DNA of 64,000 nucleotides from Macrostomum lignano (lineage: Eukaryota): NCBI GenBank assembly GCA_002269645.1, contig NIVC01003670.1, positions 1-64,000 of the forward strand, read 5' to 3'. Below the pieces are notes generated by a model. That model searched no databases and was not told where the DNA came from. It saw only the letters and a program-made list of their open reading frames with translations. Positions 1-18,334 of the stretch are shown here, piece by piece; position 1 is the first letter of the stretch; every line of letters begins with the position of its first letter. Both the position numbers and the translations under genes were made by a program.

Positions 1-3000
1 CTGGAGGCTGCTGTTGAGCAGGCGGAATGGCACTAGCTAGTTCAGCGACAAGGCTTGAACCAGTGGCGTCTGTGCTTGCGGAGACCGCATTCAAGTTGGG
101 CTCAATCCGCGACGCGTCAGCGGAACTCTCGACTTCAGAAGCTGTGTGAAAGGAGTTGTGTAGTGTAGACACACTTCATGAACGTAATCATTGGCTGAGC
201 AAAGTTTCACAGATTCCCAAACTCAAACTCGAGCTACTTAGAAAGCTACTATTCTGTTTTGTTTATTTAGAGAGAGCTATGCTTTGCTGGCTCAACTACA
301 AGAACCATTTTCTAGTCACAGCCAGAGCCGCGCGTTAAAAATAACAGACTCCATGTCCCATTAAGTGCGTCCCAATAAATGCCTCAAACATCACATCCGC
401 ACAATGTTGTCCCAATAAGTGCCCAAGTGTATGTGTTTTTCTGTCCTGCCGATGCCCGCCCAAAATATCCATTGCCTTATTTGCCAAGGCTCCCAAACAC
501 TCCCGCTTAAAGTACATGTACCTTCATGCAGACAAAGCAATGCTCATGCAGTGCTCACCTTGAGCAGATCGCCGTTTCCTCTTAGCATTTGCACTTTCGC
601 TTGAATGACTTTCTGTAGCACCACTTGGGAGCTGACTAACTGTCTGGCTGAAGCCGGCTGGAGGCTGCTGTTGAGCAGGCGGAATGGCACTAGCTAGTTC
701 AGCGACAAGGCTTGAACCAGTGGCGTCTGTGCTTGCGGAGACCGCATTCAAGTTGGGCTCAATCGCGACGCGTCAGCGGAACTCTCGACTTCAGAAGCTG
801 TGTCAAAGGAGTTGTGTAGTGTAGACACACTTCATGAACGTAATCATTGGCTGAGCAAAGTTTCACAGATTCCCAAACTCAAACTCGAGCTACTTAGAAA
901 GCTACTATTCTGTTTTGTTTATTTAGAGAGAGCTATGCTTTGCTGGCTCAACTACAAGAACCATTTTCTAGTCACAGCCAGAGCCGCGTTAAAAATAACA
1001 GACTCCATGTCCCATTAAGTGCGTCCCAATAAATGCCTCAAACATCACATCCGCACAATGTTGTCCCAATAAGTGCCCAAGTGTATGTGTTTTTCTGTCC
1101 TGCCGATGCCCGCCCAAAATATCCATTGCCTTATTTGCCAAGGCTCCCAAACACTCCCGCTTAAAGTACATGTACCTTCATGCAGACAAAGCAATGCTCA
1201 TGCAGTGCTCACCTTGAGCAGATCGCCGTTTCCTCTTAGCATTTGCACTTTCGCTTGAATGACTTTCTGTAGCACCACTTGGGAGCTGACTAACTGTCTG
1301 GCTGAAGCCGGCTGGAGGCTGCTGTTGAGCAGGCGGAATGGCACTAGCTAGTTCAGCGACAAGGCTTGAACCAGTGGCGTCTGTGCTTGCGGAGACCGCA
1401 TTCAAGTTGGGCTCAATCCGCGACGCGTCAGCGGAACTCTCGACTTCAGAAGCTGTGTGAAAGGAGTTGTGTAGTGTAGACACACTTCATGAACGTAATC
1501 ATTGGCTGAGCAAAGTTTCACAGATTCCCAAACTCAAACTCGAGCTACTTAGAAAGCTACTATTCTGTTTTGTTTATTTAGAGAGAGCTATGCTTTGCTG
1601 GCTCAACTACAAGAACCATTTTCTAGTCACAGCCAGAGCCGCGTTAAAAATAACAGACTCCATGTCCCATTAAGTGCGTCCCAATAAATGCCTCAAACAT
1701 CACATCCGCACAATGTTGTCCCAATAAGTGCCCAAGTGTATGTGTTTTTCTGTCCTGCCGATGCCCGCCCAAAATATCCATTGCCTTATTTGCCAAGGCT
1801 CCCAAACACTCCGCTTAAAGTACATGTACCTTCATGCAGACAAAGCAATGCTCATGCAGTGCTCACCTTGAGCAGATCGCCGTTTCCTCTTAGCATTTGC
1901 ACTTTCGCTTGAATGACTTTCTGTAGCACCACTTGGGAGCTGACTAACTGTCTGGCTGAAGCCGGCTGGAGGCTGCTGTTGAGCAGGCGGAATGGCACTA
2001 GCTAGTTCAGCGACAAGGCTTGAACCAGTGGCGTCTGTGCTTGCGGAGACCGCATTCAAGTTGGGCTCAATCCGCGACGCGTCAGCGGAACTCTCGACTT
2101 CAGAAGCTGTGTCAAAGGAGTTGTGTAGTGTAGACACACTTCATGAACGTAATCATTGGCTGAGCAAAGTTTCACAGATTCCCAAACTCAAACTCGAGCT
2201 ACTTAGAAAGCTACTATTCTGTTTTGTTTATTTAGAGAGAGCTATGCTTTGCTGGCTCAACTACAAGAACCATTTTCTAGTCACAGCCAGAGCCGCGTTA
2301 AAAATAACAGACTCCATGTCCCATTAAGTGCGTCCCAATAAATGCCTCAAACATCACATCCGCACAATGTTGTCCCAATAAGTGCCCAAGTGTATGTGTT
2401 TTTCTGTCCTGCCGATGCCCGCCCAAAATATCCATTGCCTTATTTGCCAAGGCTCCCAAACACTCCCGCTTAAAGTACATGTACCTTCATGCAGACAAAG
2501 CAATGCTCATGCAGTGCTCACCTTGAGCAGATCGCCGTTTCCTCTTAGCATTTGCACTTTCGCTTGAATGACTTTCTGTAGCACCACTTGGGAGCTGACT
2601 AACTGTCTGGCTGAAGCCGGCTGGAGGCTGCTGTTGAGCAGGCGGAATGGCACTAGCTAGTTCAGCGACAAGGCTTGAACCAGTGGCGTCTGTGCTTGCG
2701 GAGACCGCATTCAAGTTGGGCTCAATCCGCGACGCGTCAGCGGAACTCTCGACTTCAGAAGCTGTGTGAAAGGAGTTGTGTAGTGTAGACACACTTCATG
2801 AACGTAATCATTGGCTGAGCAAAGTTTCACAGATTCCCAAACTCAAACTCGAGCTACTTAGAAAGCTACTATTCTGTTTTGTTTATTTAGAGAGAGCTAT
2901 GCTTTGCTGGCTCAACTACAAGAACCATTTTCTAGTCACAGCCAGAGCCGCGTTAAAAATAACAGACTCCATGTCCCATTAAGTGCGTCCCAATAAATGC

Positions 3001-5653
3001 CTCAAACATCACATCCGCACAATGTTGTCCCAATAAGTGCCCAAGTGTATGTGTTTTTCTGTCCTGCCGATGCCCGCCCAAAATATCCATTGCCTTATTT
3101 GCCAAGGCTCCCAAACACTCCCGCTTAAAGTACATGTACCTTCATGCAGACAAAGCAATGCTCATGCAGTGCTCACCTTGAGCAGATCGCCGTTTCCTCT
3201 TAGCATTTGCACTTTCGCTTGAATGACTTTCTGTAGCACCACTTGGGAGCTGACTAACTGTCTGGCTGAAGCCGGCTGGAGGCTGCTGTTGAGCAGGCGA
3301 ATGGCACTAGCTAGTTCAGCGACAAGGCTTGAACCAGTGGCGTCTGTGCTTGCGGAGACCGCATTCAAGTTGGGCTCAATCCGCGACGCGTCAGCGGAAC
3401 TCTCGACTTCAGAAGCTGTGTCAAAGGAGTTGTGTAGTGTAGACACACTTCATGAACGTAATCATTGGCTGAGCAAAGTTTCACAGATTCCCAAACTCAA
3501 ACTCGAGCTACTTAGAAAGCTACTATTCTGTTTTGTTTATTTAGAGAGAGCTATGCTTTGCTGGCTCAACTACAAGAACCATTTTCTAGTCACAGCCAGA
3601 GCCGCGTTAAAAATAACAGACTCCATGTCCCATTAAGTGCGTCCCAATAAATGCCTCAAACATCACATCCGCACAATGTTGTCCCAATAAGTGCCCAAGT
3701 GTATGTGTTTTTCTGTCCTGCCGATGCCCGCCCAAAATATCCATTGCCTTATTTGCCAAGGCTCCCAAACACTCCCGCTTAAAGTACATGTACCTTCATG
3801 CAGACAAAGCAATGCTCATGCAGTGCTCACCTTGAGCAGATCGCCGTTTCCTCTTAGCATTTGCACTTTCGCTTGAATGACTTTCTGTAGCACCACTTGG
3901 GAGCTGACTAACTGTCTGGCTGAAGCCGGCTGGAGGCTGCTGTTGAGCAGGCGGAATGGCACTAGCTAGTTCAGCGACAAGGCTTGAACCAGTGGCGTCT
4001 GTGCTTGCGGAGACCGCATTCAAGTTGGGCTCAATCCGCGACGCGTCAGCGGAACTCTCGACTTCAGAAGCTGTGTCAAAGGAGTTGTGTAGTGTAGACA
4101 CACTTCATGAACGTAATCATTGGCTGAGCAAAGTTTCACAGATTCCCAAACTCAAACTCGAGCTACTTAGAAAGCTACTATTCTGTTTTGTTTATTTAGA
4201 GAGAGCTATGCTTTGCTGGCTCAACTACAAGAACCATTTTCTAGTCACAGCCAGAGCCGCGTTAAAAATAACAGACTCCATGTCCCATTAAGTGCGTCCC
4301 AATAAATGCCTCAAACATCACATCCGCACAATGTTGTCCCAATAAGTGCCCAAGTGTATGTGTTTTTCTGTCCTGCCGATGCCCGCCCAAAATATCCATT
4401 GCCTTATTTGCCAAGGCTCCCAAACACTCCCGCTTAAAGTACATGTACCTTCATGCAGACAAAGCAATGCTCATGCAGTGCTCACCTTGAGCAGATCGCC
4501 GTTTCCTCTTAGCATTTGCACTTTCGCTTGAATGACTTTCTGTAGCACCACTTGGGAGCTGACTAACTGTCTGGCTGAAGCCGGCTGGAGGCTGCTGTTG
4601 AGCAGGCGGAATGGCACTAGCTAGTTCAGCGACAAGGCTTGAACCAGTGGCGTCTGTGCTTGCGGAGACCGCATTCAAGTTGGGCTCAATCTGCGACGCG
4701 TCAGCGGAACTCTCGACTTCAGAAGCTGTGTGAAAGGAGTTGTGTAGTGTAGACACACTTCATGAACGTAATCATTGGCTGAGCAAAGTTTCACAGATTC
4801 CCAAACTCAAACTCGAGCTACTTAGAAAGCTACTATTCTGTTTTGTTTATTTAGAGAGAGCTATGCTTTGCTGGCTCAACTACAAGAACCATTTTCTAGT
4901 CACAGCCAGAGCCGCGTTAAAAATAACAGACTCCATGTCCCATTAAGTGCGTCCCAATAAATGCCTCAAACATCACATCCGCACAATGTTGTCCCAATAA
5001 GTGCCCAAGTGTATGTGTTTTTCTGTCCTGCCGATGCCCGCCCAAAATATCCATTGCCTTATTTGCCAAGGCTCCCAAACACTCCCGCTTAAAGTACATG
5101 TACCTTCATGCAGACAAAGCAATGCTCATGCAGTGCTCACCTTGAGCAGATCGCCGTTTCCTCTTAGCATTTGCACTTTCGCTTGAATGACTTTCTGTAG
5201 CACCACTTGGGAGCTGACTAACTGTCTGGCTGAAGCCGGCTGGAGGCTGCTGTTGAGCAGGCGGAATGGCACTAGCTAGTTCAGCGACAAGGCTTGAACC
5301 AGTGGCGTCTGTGCTTGCGGAGACCGCATTCAAGTTGGGCTCAATCCGCGACGCGTCAGCGGAACTCTCGACTTCAGAAGCTGTGTGAAAGGAGTTGTGT
5401 AGTGTAGACACACTTCATGAACGTAATCATTGGCTGAGCAAAGTTTCACAGATTCCCAAACTCAAACTCGAGCTACTTAGAAAGCTACTATTCTGTTTTG
5501 TTTATTTAGAGAGAGCTATGCTTTGCTGGCTCAACTACAAGAACCATTTTCTAGTCACAGCCAGAGCCGCGTTAAAAATAACAGACTCCATGTCCCATTA
5601 AGTGCGTCCCAATAAATGCCTCAAACATCACATCCGCACAATGTTGTCCCAAT
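1..5653. repeat. Tandem array of a ~655-bp unit, about 8.6 copies visible, continuing off the left edge
   Basis: The same ORF set recurs every 654-657 bp and copies differ only by single substitutions or 1-2 nt indels. The array ends at gttgtcccaat (5653). Confidence 0.98.
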
Positions 5654-6612
5654 GATTGCTCCACATTTGAGCTTTGCTTGTATATACCAGTGCAATGTGT
5701 TTGTTTTTCTGTCCGACCGTTGCCACTAAAAATGTTTTTTTTGTGCTTTTCTTTTCTACGTTTGATGTGTAAATAATATGGTTAATATGTGCTTTTCTAT
5801 GTGAAATACAGTTTCTGCAGTCAAAGTACCTGCATTGGATCGATGTTTTTTAAGCTTGAAGATGCTGCGAAATTGCTTTTCTTCCATCTCTACAAAGTTT
5901 TAGTTTTCGCTTTCAAGGGAATTTCAAGGCTTTTACGGAGGTACATTTAAGATTTAGAGTATTATGTTTTTTCTTACCAATGTAGTATTTTTCAAACGCA
6001 CGGCCACTATATGAGACGTTTCGATTTGCTAATTGTTCCTCTATAAAATTGAAAATTGATTTAAGGGATCTCTTTTCACCTAAACATCATTGCTATTTTT
6101 TCGGGCATTGATAAGTAAGAAGTAAGATTGATAGTCTTTATGAGTATACTCTTCGTGGATAAGTAATTGAATGTTTAACATAGGCATACATACCTGTTAG
6201 AGTTGGTAGCCCTTTAGTAACGGCTTCAAACGGTAGTGGGTCTGCATCAATGTATCTGCAGTAAATTACATATTTGTGTTAATTTACGCAAAGTACAGTG
6301 TGCACGTAATTGTGTTATTTAGAAATCAATAAGACTAGTATAGGAAGATATAGTTTTTTTTAATGTCACTTACATGTTAGTCACCGTGCCGCTCCACTCC
6401 TTTCCCTTCCACTGCATCACGACTCGTGTTCCATGGCATAGTTGACCTTTAAACTTTAGGTCGCTTAGATATACAACGTTGGTCTGGCCGTAGGCGGGAT
6501 GCCTTTTATCAAATTTCACTTCCACTCTTCGGTTGGCATGGCCATTAACCTCTAGTGGCCTCTTTCTTACTTTTCTTTGGGCCTTCAGCTTCTTAGCGGC
6601 CTTCTGCCGCAT
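1..6612 (-). CDS. Uncharacterised multi-exon gene: basic N-terminus with a small beta-rich (Tudor/SH3-like?) module, then a tandemly repeated 80-aa S/A/P/Q-rich exon; 3' end lies outside the window
   Basis: Exons join in frame through GT-AG sites: 6612..6374 (MRQKAAKK..WKGKEWSGTVTN, donor AT|gtaagt, phase 2), 6255..6194 (ctgcag|..CAG|gtatgt), 5889..5830 (tttgtag|..CAG|gtac), then 240-nt phase-1/1 exons at 5380..5141, 4725..4486, 4070..3831, 3415..3177 (239 nt), 2761..2522, 2106..1867, 1452..1213, 797..559 (239 nt) and 141..<1. Each has cacag| and AAG|gtgagc. The domain label is an inference. Confidence 0.65.
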
Positions 6613-8049
6613 TGTTTTAAGTATGTAGCTACGAGTATTTTGACTAGATCAAATTCAGAATGGCTTATAGTAAATAGAATAGTATCGGGAAGTCAATGTA
6701 TTGTACAAAATTGTCTCAATCTAGATTTAGTTTGGTTCTTCCGATTGGCCTTTGAAAGAGGTTTGTGGGGGCTCTAAATAGGGGTGGCTTGGCTGTCCTA
6801 ACACTTCTGAATGTACACTCAATTGGCCTGGAGAGAAGGTTGATTGGGTTTTATTTGTGCGTGTCCCCACACTTCAGAATGTACACACGCGCGTTAGCTC
6901 GATTATCGATCGAAGCTGGGACAAAGTTCTTTACCAAGCTGTTTAGCCTGGCCAAAACGTTTTGTGAGAGAGGGATTGAGGCCTAGGGGCTTATTTTGCT
7001 CTGTAATCTCTCCGTAAGAAAAAGAATGCAAGAATTTTAATTGTGGTTGTTAAAATTTTAAGCTCTATATTAATATGCTCGCGAATCGCTGATAGGTGAA
7101 ATAGGGAGAAGAGTACGTTGGAACAATAGAAACAATACACCTGTAGTGGAGCGATAAAGTTACTAAGTGTTAGTAGTGTTGAACATTGTCCCAATTTTAG
7201 TATACTTCAGAGTTGAAAATTTTACAATTAGAATGTAGAATTTTATAGATTAGAGTGTATATGAGATAAACTAACAGTTCTTACAGCAAAACATCCTGGA
7301 AAACTTATGTAGCCACGACCACGCTGCCAAATGATATCTGATCTCTTCAGCTTTAGACAGGCTCCTTATTAAGCATTCAGCTTTACTTTAAGTAGACCTT
7401 TTAGAATATTACATGATAAAAAGACGAGACATGAAAGTATGATTAAAGTCCCAATTGTTCTATTGAACCAAAAATGGTTTTGCATGATTTTCCTAACCTG
7501 TTGGGACATTGTTAATCGCTAAATTACTCATGTATCGTAAGAAATATGGTTTCTGTTGTTTGGTTTCTGAAAAGGGAATCGAACGACGGTTCGAACGAAT
7601 ATTTTTTTAATTTAGTAGCCTTGATTTTTAGAAGTGTCGGGACGCACATATTGGGCCTGGCCCAACACATTTTTGGTCCTAATAGCACGGGTCAGTTTAT
7701 ACACGCTTGTCCCAAGAAATGCCTAATGCACAAACACACACACACACACCCCAGCAACAGAGAATATTTGCGCAGCAGGCGCGAAATGGCGGTGAAACAA
7801 TTGAGTTTAATCACGTCAAGGTCACTGCTTTATAGTCAAAGCGACCAACCGTTGACTGGCGGAAACTACAAAGTACGCTGGAATGGCAGTCCTCTCTATT
7901 GATTGATTTAGTCTCGAGCGCAGTTCGCCATACGGCAAGCATTAGTCGATTTGTCCCTGCTTTGCGTGCCAACTTAGCCTGACTGAAGGCTTATATGAAT
8001 ATTTTGTTATAATCCTCGCATGTTACTGACGGGGTATCTATCATTACGA

Positions 8050-8331
8050 GGGGGGCTGTAGCCCAGCGGTAGCGCAGCTGCTCTGGTGTGCCAGCGACCC
8101 AGGCTCGATTCCAAGTGCAGTCACATTAATTTGGGGCTGAATTGGAATCTCGGCTTGGCTCTGCTCGTGCAATTAACGGCCTTGAAAGCCAACCCCCAAG
8201 GCGCAGTGAAGTGTACATGCCTAACGATAAAATAAAGTTAGGGCCGCTGTACACTCCTGTGTGAGTGTGTGCCTGCGTACGTATCCGCGCGCTTGTATGC
8301 CTGCTCAGGGGAGTCGGCGGAATGGGCAGTA
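8050..8331 (+). mobile_element. tRNA-derived SINE, family A
   Basis: Head GGGGGCTGTAGCCCAGCGG (A box) ... GGCTCGATTCC (B box), followed by a non-tRNA body. A homologous copy lies in reverse orientation at 48976..49219. Confidence 0.8.
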
Positions 8332-9262
8332 ATGCCTCTCGCCGGTTGTGTGCCCATGTCGCTTAAAGTGCGCCAGGGTGCACACAACCCCTCTGCCTCT
8401 AATACTAATAAAAAATCTACCATGACGAGCGTAATATTGATTTTTTAGAGATTGCTAGCTATAGCTTTGCTGAATTTAAGATACAAGGGGCGTCCGTTTA
8501 GATTATCTAGGAAATAAATAAGGGATCAAGATAGCTCTGCCTGAAAAGTGATTTCGTTTGCAAATAAATATTTGCGAGTGGGCACGCACTCATGCACACG
8601 CTCACACAGGGTGTACAGCGACCCTTTGACTTTCTATTCGCTACGCATGTGCACTCTCTGCGTTATGGTGGTTGGCCCTCATGGGTGCGAATCACACAAC
8701 AACCCCCTGGATTTGGATAGCAACTTTTATCAGTTTAAAAAGCCACTTGGATGCAAGGTGCAAACCGATCATCCGCTTGAAAAAGTCTGGGATACCGGGA
8801 TTTAAGGGTCAGTTGGGCAAGTAATTGATGGCTGTAATGCCGACCTGTTGGGCATGGCTGTATATGACTGTGCCAATTCAATTTTCCCCTTCAGTACGTT
8901 TCTAACTAATTTTTTGTTGGCTATAGCTACCCCTGAACTATAGCGTTCTGGCCAAGAGAAATGAAGGAAAAGTCGCAAGGGGTGCCATTGGGCGGTGGCA
9001 AGTAAGAGGGGAAATGAGAGAGGAGAGGGAGAGACAGGGAGAGAGGCGAGGGCAGAGAAGAGGGTGCAAGCGATTGGATCAGTGTGGAAAGTTCGGTGAA
9101 GGTAAGCAAGCTTATAAGGTATTACAGCAACATTTGCTAGAAAAGCTGATATATTCATAATAGTTTTTATACATTTATATATATACAAATACCTAGACAT
9201 TTCTTCCATTTGAAATTCTCCTCTTCTCAGCCGGACACTTCATTCGAATTCGAAACACAGGC

Positions 9263-14911
<5,649 letters not shown>

Positions 14912-15592
14912 TACCTACTGTATAAGGATCGAAGATGAATCGTTGGAAAATCGTCTGCTTTTATTCAGTACGAGAATTACAATTTCGATAAACATTATTG
15001 AACGAGACAATAAATTATTATTGCTACATGTATGCATTGCAATATAATCCACATATACTAAATGTCTAACTGTCTTTAAGGGTGGGGACCCCTTTGTTAT
15101 AGCACTTAGTTTCATCGTCATAGACTGGTAAAGCAGAAGATCTAGCGATCCCTACTTACATTTTATATGCTTGTATATGTTGTTGATTAATGATAAAATG
15201 GAATACTAGTAGTTGCGCTGGCAGTCGAGATAAATATAGATTATCAAAAATCATTTTTATTTATTAGAAATTACAAATTGTAATTAATAACAATGTTAAT
15301 ATATTAAACAATACTGCATATGAGAGTATACAGAAGTAATGAAATAAACGGTTTAAACTGAATTTTTACTGCACTGTGCATTGAAAAAGGTAAATGAGGT
15401 AAATCTTCTAAGGATGTTTTATTATCAATATTTTTCTATGCATCCAACAGAAGACGCAATAGAGATCTTTGCCTACTTTTACATGCTAAAATTAAAGCTT
15501 CAGGTTAATATGTAAGCTAGGCATACGATTGATTGCTTGTTGAAAAGTTAAAATTGAGAGAGTTGACGCTCCAGTGAGGAAGGATAAGGGGT

Positions 15593-16524
15593 AGTTTGGG
15601 TACAAGGAGTGAGGTGGGTGCAGGGAGCGAGGAGGGTGCAGGGAGTGAAGTGGGTACAGGGAGTGAAGTGGATTCAGGGAGCGAGGTGGGTGCAGGGAGT
15701 GAGGTGAGTGCAGGGAGTGAAGTGGGTGCAGGGAGCGAGGTGGGTGCAGGGAGTGAGGTAGGTGCAAATGGGTGCAGGGAGTGAGGTGGGTGCAGGGAGT
15801 GAAGTGGGTGCAGGGAGTGGGGTGGGTGCAGGGAGTGAGGTGGGTGCAGGGAGTGAGGTGGGTGCAAATGGGTGCAGGGAGTGAGGTGAGTGCAAATGGG
15901 TGCAGGGAGTGGGGTGGGTGCAGGGAGTGAGGTGGATGCAGGGAGTGAGGTGGGTGCAAATGGGTGCAGGGAGTTGGGTGGGTGCAGGGAGTGAGGTGGG
16001 TTCAGGGAGTGAGGTGGGTGCAGGGAGTGAGGTGGGTTCAGGGAGTGAGGTGGGTGCAGGGAGTGAGGTGGGTTCAGGGAGTGAGGTGGGTGCAGGGAGT
16101 GAGGTGGGTGCAAATGGGTGCAGGGAGTGAGGTGGGTGCAGGGAGTGAGGTGGGTTCAGGGAGTGAGGTGGGTTCAGGGAGTGAGGTGGGTTCAGGGAGT
16201 GAGGTGGGTGCAGGGAGTGAGGTGGGTGCAGGGAGTGAGGTGGGTGCAAATGGGTGCAGGGAGTGAGGTGGGTGCAGGGAGTGAGGTGGGTTCAGGGAGT
16301 GAGGTGGGTTCAGGGAGTGAGGTGGGTGCAGGGAGTGAGGTGGGTTCAGGGAGTGAGGTGGGTGCAGGGAGTGAGGTGGGTTCAGGGAGTGAGGTGGGTG
16401 CAGGGAGTGAGGTGGGTGCAAATGGGTGCAGGGAGTGAGGTGGGTGCAGGGAGTGAGGTGGGTTCAGGGAGTGAGGTGGGTTCAGGGAGTGAGGTGGGTG
16501 CAAATGGGTGCAGGGAGTGAGGTC
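15593..16524 (-). repeat. Inverted copy of the same 18-bp minisatellite
   Basis: (GGGAGTGAGGTGGGTGCA)n on +, with added GCAAATGGGT variant units. Confidence 0.95.
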
Positions 16525-16647
16525 CACTTCGTCCAAAGTACGACATGCATGTTGTTAGGTATTCTCAACTCATTTGTAAAATTCACATGCAGCTGCGTGT
16601 AACATTCGAAATGACCAAGATCAACACCAACGGGTTAGTGTAGTCAG

Positions 16648-18334
16648 CTACGCATCCTCTCCGGTGTCCAGGGTCCCACCGGCAGCCGGATACAGCTCGG
16701 AGAATCGTGGCGGCGGTTGTCCCCAGTCTGGCAGAGCAGTGGAACTTTCGTACGACGGGGGCAAGCATTTGGCCCGTCGCCGGTGCACCACAGCCTGCGG
16801 TCGTTGCCGACTTGCCAACAGCCGGGAGGCCGCCAAAGCAAGGACTACAACTCCGGCCATTGCTAGAACGGCTACGGAAGCGGCTAGAACTATTGAAGTT
16901 CGTCCGACATCGCCAAGACGCCACCATGGCTGAGTAAAGTCCGTTGACCCGGTGCGAGCATCCGCTTCTAGTTGAAGTCGAATGCTGGCTGAAAACTTCT
17001 TATTAGCCGCCGACGAGGTGACTAATCTGGCCGCACCTGAGCAGGTGTACAAACCTATTAGGCTGGGCGGCATTCGATCGATAGTTAATCGGGTCACGTG
17101 ATATGCAGGCCGGTCCACCGATATGTAGGTTGCGGCGTTTAGACTCGACTGGCTATGAATTGGGTCAGTGAGGAGTGATAGAACTTTAAATTGAGAATGA
17201 AGGGATTAAGAATGAAGATTTTGAGATTAGCACGTCAGGGTTCTTAGGAGCGAAGTATCAGCACTCCTTGAAGTCTCAGCACTCCTTGAAGTCTCAGCAC
17301 TCCTTGAAGTCTCAGCACTCCTTGAAGTCTCAGCACTCCTTGAAGTCTCAGCACTCCTTGAAGTCTCAGCACTCCTTGAAGTCTCAGCACTCCTTGAAGT
17401 CTCAGCACTCCTTGAAGTCTCAGCACTCCTTGAAGTCTCAGCACTCCTTGAAGTCTCAGCACTCCTTGAAGTCTCAGCACTCCTTGAAGTCTCAGTACTC
17501 CTTGAAGTCTCAGCACTCCTTGAAGTCTCAGCACTCCTTGAAGTCTCAGCACTCCTTGAAGTCTCAGCACTCCTTGAAGTCTCAGCACTCCTTGAAGTCT
17601 CAGCACTCCTTGAAGTCTCAGCACTCCTTGAAGTCTCAGCACTCCTTGAAGTCTCAGCACTCCTTGAAGTCTCAGCACTCCTTGAAGTCTCAGCACTCCT
17701 TGAAGTCTCAGCACTCCTTGAAGTCTCAGCACTCCTTGAAGTCTCAGCACTCCTTGAAGTCTCAGCACTCCTTGAAGTCTCAGCACTCCTTGAAGTCTCA
17801 GCACTCCTTGAAGTCTCAGCACTCCTTGAAGTCTCAGCACTCCTTGAAGTCTCAGCACTCCTTGAAGTCTCAGCACTCCTTGAAGTCTCAGCACTCCTTG
17901 AAGTCTCAGCACTCCTTGAAGTCTCAGCACTCCTTGAAGTCTCAGCACTCCTTGAAGTCTCAGCACTCCTTGAAGTCTCAGCACTCCTTGAAGTCTCAGC
18001 ACTCCTTGAAGTCTCAGCTCCTTTTAAGTGCTGGCGTCTCAGTACTCACCCTTTAACATTAGAATCAATCAGTATACACCCACTGTGCCTTGAAACTTGG
18101 TCATCCTTATATAAGGCGCAAATAAAAACTAGCATAAATCACAGAATACAACCGATCAAAATAAACAAATCGTCACCTGTCAATACCACCGAGTCTCCAA
18201 CGAACAGTGTCCGGCAGAACAAAGGAAATGTTTACTAGGCAGAGCAGCCGGACAGTTGCTCCAATAGCAACCGTGAAACTGTCCGAAGGAATGGTTTCTA
18301 TGGCCGATAGGCTAGCGGGTTGTTGGCTCAGCAT
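16648..18334 (-). CDS. Single Ig-like domain, transmembrane helix and PPxY cytoplasmic tail (~233 aa; N-terminus uncertain)
   Basis: In-frame exons 18334..18177 (VRLLC..VRW), 18088..18050 (39 nt) and 17152..16648 (LTI..GLYTC, TM IVLAASVAVLAMAGVVVLALAA, PPSY, PPPRF). No signal peptide was found, so the true start may be elsewhere. Confidence 0.6.
17259..18018. repeat. 18-bp minisatellite (CACTCCTTGAAGTCTCAG)n, ~42 near-identical copies, intronic
   Basis: Read directly. It lies between exons 18050 and 17152 of the Ig-TM model. Confidence 0.98.

Noticed and set aside
156-5601. Plus-strand 60-137 aa ORFs and the minus-strand MYFKREC ORF in each 655-bp unit
   Set aside because: No coding-like composition or coherent splice structure. 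They overlap the better-supported minus-strand exon or its introns.
7750-7765. CCCAGCAA after a (CA)n run as an EnSpm-like terminus
   Set aside because: No partner inverted terminus or TSD was found in the window.
8050-8125. Functional tRNA gene (also at 48385)
   Set aside because: A and B boxes are present, but I could not fold a full cloverleaf and the head continues into a shared SINE body.
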